64,000 nt of DNA. Origin: an uncultured Chloroflexia bacterium (GTDB lineage Bacteria; Chloroflexota; Limnocylindria; Limnocylindrales; CSP1-4). The stretch is taken from positions 1,536,386 to 1,600,385 of the forward strand of contig CAVRFC010000005.1 in assembly GCA_963720315.1 (NCBI GenBank), written 5' to 3'. The position numbers and the translations under genes are program-made. The notes beneath the pieces are model-generated. The model searched no databases, was not told the DNA's origin, and saw only the letters and a list, made by a program, of their open reading frames with translations. Positions 39,219 to 49,590 of the stretch are shown one piece after another (the stretch's first letter is position 1; the number at the start of each line of letters is the position of its first letter).

Positions 39219-40556
39219 GTGGACGATCCCTTCGCCGGCGACCAGCGTCAGCACAAGAGCTGGCGCGACCTGCCGTCGACCCCACCTCTCGTCTGGCCCA
39301 CTACAGCACCGGCATTCGCGACAGCGGCGGTCGGTGCTTCTGCGTCTCCGATGCCCGATACCGAAGCCTCGAGGCGGCCGCGACGCCGGCTCGTCGTCGG
39401 CACAGCCCTTCTGGTGGGGGCCATGGTCCTCGTCGGCACCGGTATGCTCGCCACCAGCAACCATCTCGGGGCGCTGCTGGCGCCGCTCGCCACGACCGGT
39501 GGCCCGGCTGGGCCGGACAAGGCGGCCGCGGCGATCCCGCCGAGCGATGAGCCGCTTGCGGGCACGGCCTCGAGGCTCCTGCCCTCGGTCGTACAGATCG
39601 AGGCCGCCGGCGCGGTCGGCTCCGGGTTCGTGGCGGCCGACGGAGGCCTCATCCTCACCGCATCGCATGTCGTCGGTCGATCGGACGCGGTCACGCTCCG
39701 GCTCCACGATGGCACAAGCATCTCCGGCGCTGTGGTCGCGGTCGACAAGTCCATTGACACCGCCGTCATCCGGGCCGAGGAGGGCGCGGCGTCCGATCTG
39801 AAGCCATTCGCCCTCGGCGCCCTCGCCGATGTGCAGGTGGGCGAGATGACGATCGCCGTCGGGAGCCCGTTCGGCCTGAGCCAGACGGTGACCACCGGCA
39901 TCGTGAGCGCGCTCGGCCGCACGGTCCCCACCCCGATGGGCGAGCTGCACGACCTGATCCAGACGGATGCTGCGATCAACTCTGGCAACTCCGGTGGTCC
40001 GCTGGCCGACCGGGAGGGTCGGGCGATCGGCATCAACACCGCCATCGCTAGCGCGTCGGGGGGCAGCGACGGCATCGGCTTCGCCGTGCCGGTCGACCAG
40101 GCCGCGCGGATCCTGGACAAGGTCAAGGACGGCACGTGGAAGGCCGAGGACAACGACCCCGCCGACAGCATGGACCCGCTTGGTGGGCTGTTCGACCAGT
40201 TCCTCGGTCCTGACGGGCTGGACGGCCTGCGCGACCTGTTCGGGCCGGGGCCCGACGGATCTCAGACCCCGGACGGACCCTCCGGCGGACCGGACATGGC
40301 CGACCGGCTGCTCCGCCAACTCCTCGACGAGCTCCTGCGTGAGCTCACACCCGGGGCCCCGGCTCCACAGCCGGCACCGGATGTCGCGCCGGGTCCGGAC
40401 GCGACACCCGAGCCGGACGGTGCGGATGACCCGGCCGCCGATGCCATCGACCGCCTGATGCAGCAGTTCCTGGACGAACTGATGCAGGGGCTGAGCCCGA
40501 ACGGGATGTCGGATCCATTCACCCCCGATGGGGGCACCGACGGCCAGGGAACATGA
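39219..40556 (+). CDS. Membrane-anchored S1C (HtrA-like) serine protease lacking PDZ
   Basis: TM helix; TASHVV, DTAVI and QTDAAINSGNSGGPL triad; acidic Pro-rich tail in place of PDZ. Confidence 0.85.
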   Translation: MDDPFAGDQRQHKSWRDLPSTPPLVWPTTAPAFATAAVGASASPMPDTEASRRPRRRLVVGTALLVGAMVLVGTGMLATSNHLGALLAPLATTGGPAGPDKAAAAIPPSDEPLAGTASRLLPSVVQIEAAGAVGSGFVAADGGLILTASHVVGRSDAVTLRLHDGTSISGAVVAVDKSIDTAVIRAEEGAASDLKPFALGALADVQVGEMTIAVGSPFGLSQTVTTGIVSALGRTVPTPMGELHDLIQTDAAINSGNSGGPLADREGRAIGINTAIASASGGSDGIGFAVPVDQAARILDKVKDGTWKAEDNDPADSMDPLGGLFDQFLGPDGLDGLRDLFGPGPDGSQTPDGPSGGPDMADRLLRQLLDELLRELTPGAPAPQPAPDVAPGPDATPEPDGADDPAADAIDRLMQQFLDELMQGLSPNGMSDPFTPDGGTDGQGT

Positions 40557-41752
40557 CCGCGAGCATCGATCTCACCGCCACTCGTCTCGCCCAGGTCCGC
40601 CACGAGCTGGGCCGAGTCATCGTCGGCCAGGATCGGGTCGTCGATCGACTCCTCGTCGCCGTGCTGGCAGACGGACACGTCCTTCTCGAAGGCGCGCCCG
40701 GCCTCGGCAAGACCCTGCTGCTTGCGACGTTGGCGCGGATCCTCGGTGGCTCCTTCAATCGCATCCAGTTCACACCGGACTTGATCCCGTCCGACATCGT
40801 CGGGACCCGGATCTTCCGGCCCTCGTCGGAGGTGTTCGACGTCGAACCGGGGCCGATCATCGCCAACGTGGTCCTGGTCGACGAAATCAACCGCGCGCCC
40901 GCGCGCGTTCAGTCGGCGCTGCTCGAGGCCATGGCAGAGCGTCAGGTCACCGTCGGCGGTCGTACCTTCGCGTTGCCGCAGCCGTTCCTGGTCGTGGCAA
41001 CCCAGAACCCTGTCGAGTCGGAGGGCGTCTACCCGCTCGCCGAGGCGCAACGCGACCGATTCCTGATGCGGGTCCCAGTCGACTACCCGACCCCGGCCGA
41101 GGAGTGGGCGATCGTCGCCCGCATGGCGGATCAGCCACCGCAGGCGGCCCGCCTGCTCGATCCTGCCGACGTCGTTGATCTTCAGCTCGCCGCGCGGCGA
41201 GTCGCGATCGATGATGCAGCTGTCGACTACGCGGTCCGTTTGGTACTCGCGACGCGCGACCCCGCGGCGCACGGGCTGCAGAAGCTGGTGGGGCTCTTCG
41301 AGTACGGCGCGAGCCCGCGAGCATCACTCGGGCTGGTCCGGAGCGCCCGGGCCATGGCGCTCCTGCGCGGACGCATGCGTGCGGTGCCGCAGGACGTCTA
41401 CGACGTCGCGTACGACATCCTGAACGCGCGCCTCGCGCTGTCCTACCGGGCACTGGCCGAAGGGTTCACGATCGACGACGTCCTCGTCGAGCTGCTCACG
41501 ACGGTCCCAGCACCCGGTTCGACCGCGTGGCCTCCGCCGGTGCCGGCGGCATCCACGGTCCCGCCACCTCCGGCGTATGCGACGCAGGTGGCGCCGGCCT
41601 ACGCCGACGCCGCGGCATACGTAACCCCGGCGCCGCAGGCCCAGTCTCCGCAGCCTATGCAGGGACCTGGTACGCCCGTCAGCACGCCCTGGGGCGCGTC
41701 CGCACAGACGCCGCCGATCGTCCTGCCGGGCGATCCACCGACCACGAGGTGA
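40553..41752 (+). CDS. moxR: MoxR-family AAA+ ATPase
   Basis: HVLLEGAPGLGKT, RIQFTPDL, DEINRAP, ATQNP and GASPRA. Confidence 0.92.
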   Translation: MTASIDLTATRLAQVRHELGRVIVGQDRVVDRLLVAVLADGHVLLEGAPGLGKTLLLATLARILGGSFNRIQFTPDLIPSDIVGTRIFRPSSEVFDVEPGPIIANVVLVDEINRAPARVQSALLEAMAERQVTVGGRTFALPQPFLVVATQNPVESEGVYPLAEAQRDRFLMRVPVDYPTPAEEWAIVARMADQPPQAARLLDPADVVDLQLAARRVAIDDAAVDYAVRLVLATRDPAAHGLQKLVGLFEYGASPRASLGLVRSARAMALLRGRMRAVPQDVYDVAYDILNARLALSYRALAEGFTIDDVLVELLTTVPAPGSTAWPPPVPAASTVPPPPAYATQVAPAYADAAAYVTPAPQAQSPQPMQGPGTPVSTPWGASAQTPPIVLPGDPPTTR

Positions 41753-42691
41753 CCTCCGCACCGCGTGCCGGTCTCGACCTGCCGGCACGGCTCCGCCGTA
41801 TCGAGCTCGCGGTGGGCCAAAAGGTGGTTGGCCGCCGAGACGGCCGTCATGCCTCGGTCGTGCTCGGCCACGGTGTCGAGCCCGGGGAAGCACGACCGTA
41901 TGAGCCGGGCGACGACGTCCGCCGGATGGACTGGTCGATCCTTGCCCGGACAGGCGAACCGCACGTCCGGGACGCGATCCAGGAGCGCGACCTCGACGTC
42001 GCCGTCCTGGTCGACCGGTCCGGCAGCCTCGACTTCGGGACCGTCGGCTGGCGGAAGGCGGATCTCGCTGTCAGCGTCGCATCGGCCGTGTCGGGGCTCG
42101 CCGTCCGTGGCGGCGACCGGATCGGAGCGGTCGTCGCGACCGCCGGCGGGCCAGGTGATCGTGCCGATCCGCGGAGGTCGCCGGCATCTGTCGGGCCTCG
42201 TGGGCAGCGTGGCACGGTCACCTCTCGGGGGGCAGGTCGATCTCGGTCGCGCCATCGACGTTCTCCAACGGGTCCTGCGACGGGGTGGACTCGCGATCGT
42301 GGTCTCGGACTTCATCGCTGCCCCCGAGACTTGGAGCCCGGCGCTTGCCCGGCTTGGACGCCGGAGCGAGATCATCGCCGTCGAGGTCCTCGATCCGCGC
42401 GAGCTCCGACTGCCTGACGTGGGCCTGCTGGTGGTCGAGGATCCCGAGACCGGCCACCAACGGACGATAGACACGAGCGACGAGCGCTTCCGCGTCCGCC
42501 TGGCCGAGGGCGCCGATCGTCGACGCGCCGCGAGATCGTCCGCGATAGGGCGAGCAGGGGCCACCCACCTGCGACTGCGGACGGACACGGAGTGGACCGG
42601 TCCGCTCGCGGCCTGCCTCGACCGACGCCGTCGCGCCCGAGCGCTGGGTCGGCACGTGGCGTCCCATCCCACCACGGGAGCTGCCCGATGA
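41749..42691 (+). CDS. DUF58 protein (frameshift near 42150)
   Basis: RPYEPGDDVRRMDW..VDRSGSLDFG, then VVSDF..DPRELRLPDVG..DPETG in the shifted frame. Confidence 0.85.
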
Positions 42692-43653
42692 TCCCGGTCG
42701 CGCCCGATCTCACGTTCCTTGCGCCCGAGCGGTTCGCACTCCTCCTGGTGCCGCTACTGTTCGCCGCGCTGTACCTCGTCAGGCAGCGCCGACGCCGGGC
42801 CTACGTGGTCCGATACACCGATCTGGACCTGATCGACGCGGTGGCCCCACGACGTCCGGGCCTTCGGCGCCATTTCGTCGCCGCCGTCTACCTGGGGGCG
42901 ACGGCCCTCCTCGTCATCGCGGCCGCCCGCCCCGCCCTCGCGACCGAGGTCGCGAATGAGCCGACGCTCGTGCTCGCGTTCGACACCTCGCTGTCGATGG
43001 AGGCGACGGATGTCGCCCCCAGCCGCATCGTGGCTGCCCGTGACGCAGCCCATCGGTTCATCGAAGTCGTCCCGTCGGGTGTCCGGGTGGGCCTGGTCGC
43101 GTTCGACCAGACGGCTCGGGTCATCATCCCGCCAACGACGTCGAAGACGGTCCTCGACCGTGCGATCGACCGCCTGTCATTAGGCCAGGGAACGGCGATC
43201 GGCGAGGCGATCTACACGTCGCTGGATCTGCTCGAGTCGGATGTGCCCGCCGATGCCGAGGACGCCTCCTCAGGGTCGATCGTGCTGATGTCGGACGGCG
43301 ACACGACGACAGGACGACCGGAGGGGCAAGCGGCCCGTGAGGCGGAGCGCCGTGGCGTCAAGGTAAGCACCGTCGCCTTCGGCACCGACCATGGATCGGT
43401 GGTGGTCGACTTCCTGCCGGTCCCTGTCCCGGTCGACCGCGAGGCGCTGCGAGACATCGCCGAGACCACCGGTGGCAAGGCATTCGAGGCCGACTCGGCC
43501 GAGGAGATCGTGTCCGTGTTCGAGGACATCGGCGAGGGGGTCGGTACCCGGACGGAGCCGCGGGAGATCACCGACCGCCTGGCCCTCGCAGCGCTCGTGG
43601 CGGCAGCTGTCGCCGCGGCCGGCTCCCTCGCCTGGTTCGCTCGCATCCCGTGA
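42688..43653 (+). CDS. Membrane VWA-domain protein (BatA-like)
   Basis: N-terminal TM helices, AARP, MIDAS DTSLS..T..SDG and a C-terminal TM. Confidence 0.88.
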   Translation: MIPVAPDLTFLAPERFALLLVPLLFAALYLVRQRRRRAYVVRYTDLDLIDAVAPRRPGLRRHFVAAVYLGATALLVIAAARPALATEVANEPTLVLAFDTSLSMEATDVAPSRIVAARDAAHRFIEVVPSGVRVGLVAFDQTARVIIPPTTSKTVLDRAIDRLSLGQGTAIGEAIYTSLDLLESDVPADAEDASSGSIVLMSDGDTTTGRPEGQAAREAERRGVKVSTVAFGTDHGSVVVDFLPVPVPVDREALRDIAETTGGKAFEADSAEEIVSVFEDIGEGVGTRTEPREITDRLALAALVAAAVAAAGSLAWFARIP

Positions 43654-43849
43654 ACGCCGGCCCGGCGTCGATGGCGCGCGCAGTCAACGACGAGGTACTC
43701 TCCCGCGAGATCCTCGCCTCGGCTGCGGCGGAGCTGAAGGCCCAGCTCGGCTGAGACCAGGTCGGGCACCGGCGCGCTGCTTCCGCGTCCCGAGCAGATC
43801 CGGGGTTCCCCGTCGAGCAGGCTGACCGGCAGACGCCCGGGTTCTCGTC

Positions 43850-44506
43850 CTAAGTGGCTGCGATACCCGCACGGATGAACGTCACATGCGTCACTCCGCT
43901 GGGCGAGGAGACGGCCTCGATCTCGTAATCCTTCTCGAGGCCCTCCAGTCCATCCCAGAGGCGTACGCCCCGGCCCAGCAGGATCGGGACCACCGCGATG
44001 TGCATGTGGTCGATGAGCCGCGCGGCAAGGAACTCGCGGATCATGGTGGGACCCCCGCCGAGACGTACGTCCTGGCCGCCGGCGGCCTCGCGCGCCGTCT
44101 CGAGCGCCTCGGCCGGCGAAGCATCGATGAAGTGGAAGGTCGTGCCGCCCTCCATCTCGATCGACGGGCGCGGGTGATGGGTGAGGATGAAGGTCGGTGT
44201 GTGGAACGGCGGGTTGGGACCCCACCAGCCCGTCCACTCCGGGTCCCCGTGCCATCCGGGCGGGCCGAACTTCCCGGCTCCCATGATCTCGGCGCCGATC
44301 CCCGGATCGTGCAGCCGCAGGAAGGCGTCGTCGAGGCCGCCGCTGCCGCCGGGCTCGCCGACCCTCTGACGCCACCACCGGGTGACGAACATCCATTCGT
44401 GGAGCCGTTCGCCGGCGTGGCCGAACGGTGCGTCGCGGCTCAGACCTTCGCCGGTGCCGAAACCGTCGAGCGAGATGGAGAAGAATTGGACGCGGGCGAG
44501 TGACAT
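43850..44506 (-). CDS. Dihydrofolate reductase/RibD C-terminal family protein, copy 2
   Basis: Near-identical to 34393-35040 (one aa change T/A, three extra C-terminal residues). Confidence 0.9.
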   Translation of the reverse strand: MSLARVQFFSISLDGFGTGEGLSRDAPFGHAGERLHEWMFVTRWWRQRVGEPGGSGGLDDAFLRLHDPGIGAEIMGAGKFGPPGWHGDPEWTGWWGPNPPFHTPTFILTHHPRPSIEMEGGTTFHFIDASPAEALETAREAAGGQDVRLGGGPTMIREFLAARLIDHMHIAVVPILLGRGVRLWDGLEGLEKDYEIEAVSSPSGVTHVTFIRAGIAAT

Positions 44507-44523
44507 GGCTCGTGCTCCTGTCC
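43862..44523. repeat. 662-bp direct repeat of 34396-35057
   Basis: Offset 9466 bp; about 5 substitutions seen by eye. Confidence 0.95.
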
Positions 44524-44855
44524 GGTGGTGCAGATCAGTGCGCGAAGTGAGCTTGCTTCAGTGCTAATCCGGATCTCGAACAGATACCGGGATTCCCCCT
44601 CGCGCAGGATGACCGGTGGTCGTCGACGACCTGATCGAGTGCAGCCACCGCTGAGCGGAATCCGGTGGACATCGCGATCGGGGCGAATCACGTGAACGTC
44701 CAGATCGCTTGAATTTGAAGACTAGTCGCAAGGGCCTGCCGGCGACACAATGGCGGCGGCCTCCAAGCTGACAGGGCCATGGGCGTGACGGCGAAGGCAC
44801 GACTGCGGCGCGTGCCCGCAACTGCAACCAGAGCATGAGGCCACGGAGGGAAGGA

Positions 44856-45821
44856 ATGCGCGCGTTCGCAATTGAGAAGTTCGGCGAGACCGGGAGCATC
44901 CGCGAGGTCCCCGAGCCAGAGGCCGGAGAAGGGGAGGTCATCGTCGCTGTCCAGGTCGCGGGGATGAACCAGACCGACATCGCCGTGATGGCCGGATTCA
45001 TGAAGGACTACATTGAGCATCGATTCCCCCTGGTGATCGGGATCGACGCGTCCGGGGTCGTCGAGCGCGTCGGCCCTGGGGTCGAGAACTACCGGGAGGG
45101 CGACGAGGTCTACGGCTACGTACGCAAGCCCGTGATGGGCGAGGGCACGATGGCCGACCGCGTCGCGCTGCAGGTCGGTGGTCTGACCCACAAGCCGCGC
45201 ACGATCACCTGGGAGGAGGCCGCCGTCGTCGGGCACTCGGCGCTGACAGCGGCCGCGGCGGTCGAGGACGTGGCACTCACCTCCGGTCAGCGCCTCGTGC
45301 TGCTGGGCGGCACGGGCGGGGTCGGCAGCTTCGCCACGCAATTCGCGGCGGAACGGGGGATCGAGGTCATCGCGGTCACCCGCCCGGAATACACGGTGTA
45401 CGCCCAGTCGATGGGCGCGGCCGGGGTGATCGACTACACGGCCAGCGACCCCTCCGAAGAGCTGAGCGCGCGATTCCCTGATGGCGTCGATGCGGTCATC
45501 GACTTGGTCGGTCTGCCGGACCTATTGGCTGGCGTGGCGGCGCACGTCAAGGCTGGTGGCCGCGTCACATCGACGATCCTGCCGCCCGACGTCGAAGCGC
45601 TTGCGGCGCGTGGCATCGAGGGCAAATTGACGGTGCGGTACAGCGCCGAACACCGATTTCCTGAGATGGCCGTGCGGGTCGCCGAGGGCAGCCTCCGAAT
45701 TCCTGCGATCCAGTCGTTCACGTTCGACCAGATTCACGACGCCATTGCGCTCCAGGCGACGCGCCACGTGCGAGGCAAGATCGCCGTGCAGATAGGGTCG
45801 ACGGCCTCGGCGCGCGCGTAG
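44856..45821 (+). CDS. NADP-dependent MDR oxidoreductase
   Basis: FPLVIGIDASG, LLGGTGGVGSFATQ and RGKIAV. Confidence 0.88.
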   Translation: MRAFAIEKFGETGSIREVPEPEAGEGEVIVAVQVAGMNQTDIAVMAGFMKDYIEHRFPLVIGIDASGVVERVGPGVENYREGDEVYGYVRKPVMGEGTMADRVALQVGGLTHKPRTITWEEAAVVGHSALTAAAAVEDVALTSGQRLVLLGGTGGVGSFATQFAAERGIEVIAVTRPEYTVYAQSMGAAGVIDYTASDPSEELSARFPDGVDAVIDLVGLPDLLAGVAAHVKAGGRVTSTILPPDVEALAARGIEGKLTVRYSAEHRFPEMAVRVAEGSLRIPAIQSFTFDQIHDAIALQATRHVRGKIAVQIGSTASARA

Positions 45822-45829
45822 GAAGCGCA

Positions 45830-45937
45830 GGTTCCGAGGCCGGGCACCACCTCGGCGATCACCCCCTCGAGAATGCGTCGCGCCGCGGGGTGATTCGCGC
45901 ATCCGTCGAACCAGGGGAGTTCGACCTTCGGGTTCAT
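45830..45937 (-). pseudogene. 5' stub of a thioredoxin-like protein
   Basis: GAGGAG RBS; MNPKVELPWFDGCANHPAARRILEGVIAE, then runs into the convergent gene's 3' end. Confidence 0.45.
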
Positions 45938-46050
45938 GCCGGCTCCTCGGTGGCCAGCACCAGGCACGACGTCAGGGGGGCGACGCGGGTCAGGCCCGGC
46001 TGGGCCATGTTGCCGCGTCCCATGGCAGTAGGCCGTCCATTGGGGGAGCG

Positions 46051-47712
46051 CTACTGATCGCGCATGCCGGACAGGGCGTTGCCCGCCAACTCGCGGCATT
46101 CGGCGAGCGTCACGGCGGCGAGGGCGTCCCGGACATCGGCCACGGCGGACGCCGACATCGACAAGCTCGTGACGCCCAATCCAACCAGGACCGGTGCCAG
46201 CGCCGGCGAGGCAGCGGCCTCGCCGCACACCCCGACCGGCTTGCCGGCGCCCGCGCCGGCTTCCGCCGTCATCCGGATGAGGTCGAGCAGCGCCGGTTGC
46301 CACGGGTCGAGCAGGTCGGCCAGGTCGCCGGCCATCCGGTCGGCCGCCAGCGTGTACTGCGCGAGGTCGTTGGTGCCGATGCTCAGGAAGTCGGCATGCT
46401 CGAGCAGGTCGGCGGCGCGAATGGCCGCGGCCGGGATCTCGACCATCACCCCGGCGACGGGCAGGCCGTGCTCGTGCGCGCGGTCCGTGAACCACTTCGC
46501 CTCTGCGGCCGTGGCGACCATCGGCGCCATCACCCACACGAGCGCGCCGGTCGCTTGCTGGGCGAGGGTCAGTGCCGCCAGCTGGTCGGTGAGCAGGTCC
46601 GGTGAACGGCGGGCCGTTCGGAGGCCGCGGACACCGAGCGCAGGGTTCTCCTCGTGGTCCTGGTTGAGGAACGGCAGGGGCTTGTCCGCCCCGGCGTCGA
46701 GCGTCCGGACCACGATCTTGCGGCCGGCCATGGCTCCGAGCACACCGGTATAGAGCGCGACCTGCTCGCCGATCGAGGGTGCGTCATGGCGGTCGAGATA
46801 GAGGAACTCGGTGCGGAAGAGCCCAACGCCCTCGGCGTCCACCTCGGCGACGGCGGCCGCCCCGGTGGCATCGCCGATGTTCAGGAGGAGCGCCACCGGG
46901 TGCCCGTCCGCCGTCCGCCCCGGTCCGCGGCTCGCCGCTTTAGCGGCACGGCGCCGCTGCTCGCCCCGGTTCGTTTCCGCGGCCTCGTCGGGATCGATCG
47001 CGCGGCGGATCCGGCCGGTCCCGCCGTCGACCTCGACGACCTCCCCCTCGCGCAGCAGGCCAGCGTCTGCGACCGCCACGACCGCCGGGATGCCGAGGCT
47101 CCTGGCGAGGATCGCGGTGTGGCTGGTCGGTCCACCCTTGAGCGTGACGAGCGCTAGGACCCGCTCGGGCGTCAACGTCACGGTGTCCGCGGGTGCGAGA
47201 TCCTCGGCGACGAGGATGAATGGGGTCTCGCGCTCAGGCACACCTGGGATCGGCTGTCCCAACAGCCCGGCGACGGTCCGATCGCGCACGTCATCGAGAT
47301 CCCCGACCCGCTCCGCCATGTAGCCACCGAGATCGAGGAGAAGCGCCCGGAAGCCGTCGAACGCCCGATCGACCGCCCAGGCGGCCGCCTCGCCCTTGGC
47401 GATCGCCGCGCGGATCGACTCCTCGAGGGACGGGTCGCGGGCGATCATCGCCGTCGCCTCGAGCACCTCGGCGGCGCCCGGGATCGGAGCCGCCGCCGCG
47501 CGACGTTCGAGGTCGTCGGCCGTCGCGGACAGGGCCGCGAGGGCCGCCTCGGCCTCGGCTTCCTTGTCGACCACGACGGGGGGCTCGGCCGGCAATCGTG
47601 GCCGCGGCCCCATGAGCGCCACCGGCCCGGCGGCTCGGCCGGGACAGACGGCGATGCCCTGGAGATCCGTGGCGGATGCCCCCGTTGGCGGTAGCGCCCC
47701 GTCGACGGTCAT
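46051..47712 (-). CDS. ptsI: PTS enzyme I
   Basis: GGPTSHTAILAR, GVGLFRTEFLY, RTLDAGADK, ENPALGVRG, SIGTNDL and GVCGE. Confidence 0.95.
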   Translation of the reverse strand: MTVDGALPPTGASATDLQGIAVCPGRAAGPVALMGPRPRLPAEPPVVVDKEAEAEAALAALSATADDLERRAAAAPIPGAAEVLEATAMIARDPSLEESIRAAIAKGEAAAWAVDRAFDGFRALLLDLGGYMAERVGDLDDVRDRTVAGLLGQPIPGVPERETPFILVAEDLAPADTVTLTPERVLALVTLKGGPTSHTAILARSLGIPAVVAVADAGLLREGEVVEVDGGTGRIRRAIDPDEAAETNRGEQRRRAAKAASRGPGRTADGHPVALLLNIGDATGAAAVAEVDAEGVGLFRTEFLYLDRHDAPSIGEQVALYTGVLGAMAGRKIVVRTLDAGADKPLPFLNQDHEENPALGVRGLRTARRSPDLLTDQLAALTLAQQATGALVWVMAPMVATAAEAKWFTDRAHEHGLPVAGVMVEIPAAAIRAADLLEHADFLSIGTNDLAQYTLAADRMAGDLADLLDPWQPALLDLIRMTAEAGAGAGKPVGVCGEAAASPALAPVLVGLGVTSLSMSASAVADVRDALAAVTLAECRELAGNALSGMRDQ

Positions 47713-47722
47713 CGGGGCGGCC

Positions 47723-47995
47723 TCACGCCGGGTCGTCGTGGTCCTCGGCGACCACGATCGCAACGGCCTCCAGGGCCTCGGCTGCGCCGTCACCGTCCGC
47801 CTCGAGGATGATGGTGTCGCCGTTCTTCGCACCAAGCGCGAGCACCCGCAGGATGCTTCGGGCATCGACGGGAGCGCCGTCGCTCTTGCGGATCGTGATC
47901 CGCACGGGCTGCTCCGTGGCTGCTTTGACGAAGAGCGCGGCGGGTCGGGCATGGAGCCCGATCCGCGACCCGACGATGACCTCGCGCTGCGCCAT
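47723..47995 (-). CDS. ptsH: HPr phosphocarrier
   Basis: GLHARPA and VDARSIL. Confidence 0.95.
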   Translation of the reverse strand: MAQREVIVGSRIGLHARPAALFVKAATEQPVRITIRKSDGAPVDARSILRVLALGAKNGDTIILEADGDGAAEALEAVAIVVAEDHDDPA

Positions 47996-48040
47996 GACGA
48001 TGTCCTCCAGACCGACTCGCGCCGGATCCCGACCCGTCGG

Positions 48041-49099
48041 TCAGGGTTCGATCGTGACTTTGATGCCCTCGCCGCGCGAGACGATGTCGATCGCGTCGAG
48101 CACGCGATCCAGCGGCAGCCGATGGGTGATGAGGTCCTTGACCGGCACCGCACCGCTGGCGATCAGGGCCAGTGCCTGCTTGTTGTGGTCCGGGCTCGAC
48201 CCGTTCGCACCGACGATCGTCAACTCACGATAGTGGACGAGATTCGAGTCTAATGTGATCGTCGGCTTGTCCTTGGGCAGGCCACCGAAGAACGAAAGCC
48301 GGCCGCGTCGTGCGAGCATCCGAAGGGCATCTTCCTGAGCCTTGCCCGAGGCGGCGGCGGTAATCGCGACATCCACGCCGCGGCCACCGGTCTGCTCGAG
48401 CACGGCCTCGACCGGGTCGGTCTCGCTCCCGGCGATCGCGGCGTCGGGGGCAACGACCGCGGCCGACATGTCGAGGCGCTGGCGGTTGAGTTCCACGAGG
48501 AGCACGCGCGACGCGCCGCGCGCCCGGGCCAGGCGCACGTGAAGGCACCCGATCGGGCCCGCGCCGATGACCACGACATCGTCGCCAGCTCCGACGCGGG
48601 CGAGCTCCTGGGCGTTGATCACGCAGGCGAACGGCTCGGCCACGGACGCCTCGTCGAAACCGACCCCACCTGGGATCCGGTTCAGGCCGTCGACGCGCAG
48701 CACCTCGTGCGGGACGATGAGGTACTCGGCGAATCCGCCGTCGTACTGGTATCCGATCGACGTCTGGTTGGGGCAGATCGTCATCCAGCCACGCCGACAG
48801 TCGGGGCATTCCCCATCGGGGATCGCCGCGATTACCTGGACGCGATCGCCGACCGTCCACGGCCGACCATCACCGGGCGGACCCACATCGGCGCCGATCT
48901 CGACGATCTCGCCGGCGATCTCGTGACCCATGACCCGTGGAGGATCGATGTTCTGGTGCCCTGACCGGTAGATCTTGACGTCCGTGCCGCAGGTCGAGCA
49001 GTTGCGGACCCGGATCTTGACCTCGGCCGGGGCGGGCGAGGGTTCCGGGGCGTCCTCGATGCGGATGTCCCCCGGCGCGTAGAAGCGGGCGACCTTCAT
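48041..49099 (-). CDS. Zinc-dependent polyol(-phosphate) dehydrogenase
   Basis: CGTD, GHE, structural Cys cluster and GAGPIG. Confidence 0.88.
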   Translation of the reverse strand: MKVARFYAPGDIRIEDAPEPSPAPAEVKIRVRNCSTCGTDVKIYRSGHQNIDPPRVMGHEIAGEIVEIGADVGPPGDGRPWTVGDRVQVIAAIPDGECPDCRRGWMTICPNQTSIGYQYDGGFAEYLIVPHEVLRVDGLNRIPGGVGFDEASVAEPFACVINAQELARVGAGDDVVVIGAGPIGCLHVRLARARGASRVLLVELNRQRLDMSAAVVAPDAAIAGSETDPVEAVLEQTGGRGVDVAITAAASGKAQEDALRMLARRGRLSFFGGLPKDKPTITLDSNLVHYRELTIVGANGSSPDHNKQALALIASGAVPVKDLITHRLPLDRVLDAIDIVSRGEGIKVTIEP

Positions 49100-49590
49100 T
49101 CGTGTGGCTCCTCGGCGGCTCGGCCGTCGGGGTTCAGGAGGGCCAGGACCGTCTCGACGTCGGTGGCTGCTCGGAGCGCGGCCGCACTGTCGTCATCGAC
49201 GAGGATCTCGGCAAGCGCCGACAGAACGCCCACGTGTTCGTCGCCACTGGCCGCGATCGGGATGCAGAGATAGACGGTCTCGCCGTCCCAGTCGACCCCG
49301 TCGGGGTACTGGAGAAACCCGAGCGCCGTCCGGCGGACAAAGTCGCGAGCCGCGTCGGTCCCGTGGGGGATCGCCACACCCTCGCCCATGTAGGTCGAGA
49401 TCTGGCCTTCGCGCTCCAGGATCGCGGCGGCGTAGCCCTCGTCCACCGCGCCGAGCTCCACCAGGAGCGCCCCCGACTGGCGCAGCGCATCCCACTTGTC
49501 GTCGGCGTGCTGCGCCAGTCGAACGGCCTCTCGGACGAGGACATCGGTGGCGGGCGGTGGCGCGGAGGACTCAGCCGGCAAGGACGCCAC
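49096..49590 (-). CDS. mtlF: PTS mannitol/fructose-family EIIA
   Basis: ERE..STYMGEGVAIPHG..GVDW..DEH. Confidence 0.85.
   Translation of the reverse strand: MASLPAESSAPPPATDVLVREAVRLAQHADDKWDALRQSGALLVELGAVDEGYAAAILEREGQISTYMGEGVAIPHGTDAARDFVRRTALGFLQYPDGVDWDGETVYLCIPIAASGDEHVGVLSALAEILVDDDSAAALRAATDVETVLALLNPDGRAAEEPHE

Noticed and set aside
34396-44523. 662-bp direct repeats as IS copies of a composite transposon or as a DGR
   Set aside because: The repeat encodes a DHFR-like protein, has no terminal inverted repeats or transposase, and has only about 5 mostly synonymous differences with no reverse transcriptase nearby
28830-45937. Integron cassette array
   Set aside because: No intI gene and no recurring attC-like (RYYYAAC..GTTRRRY) hairpins between genes; gene orientations are mixed
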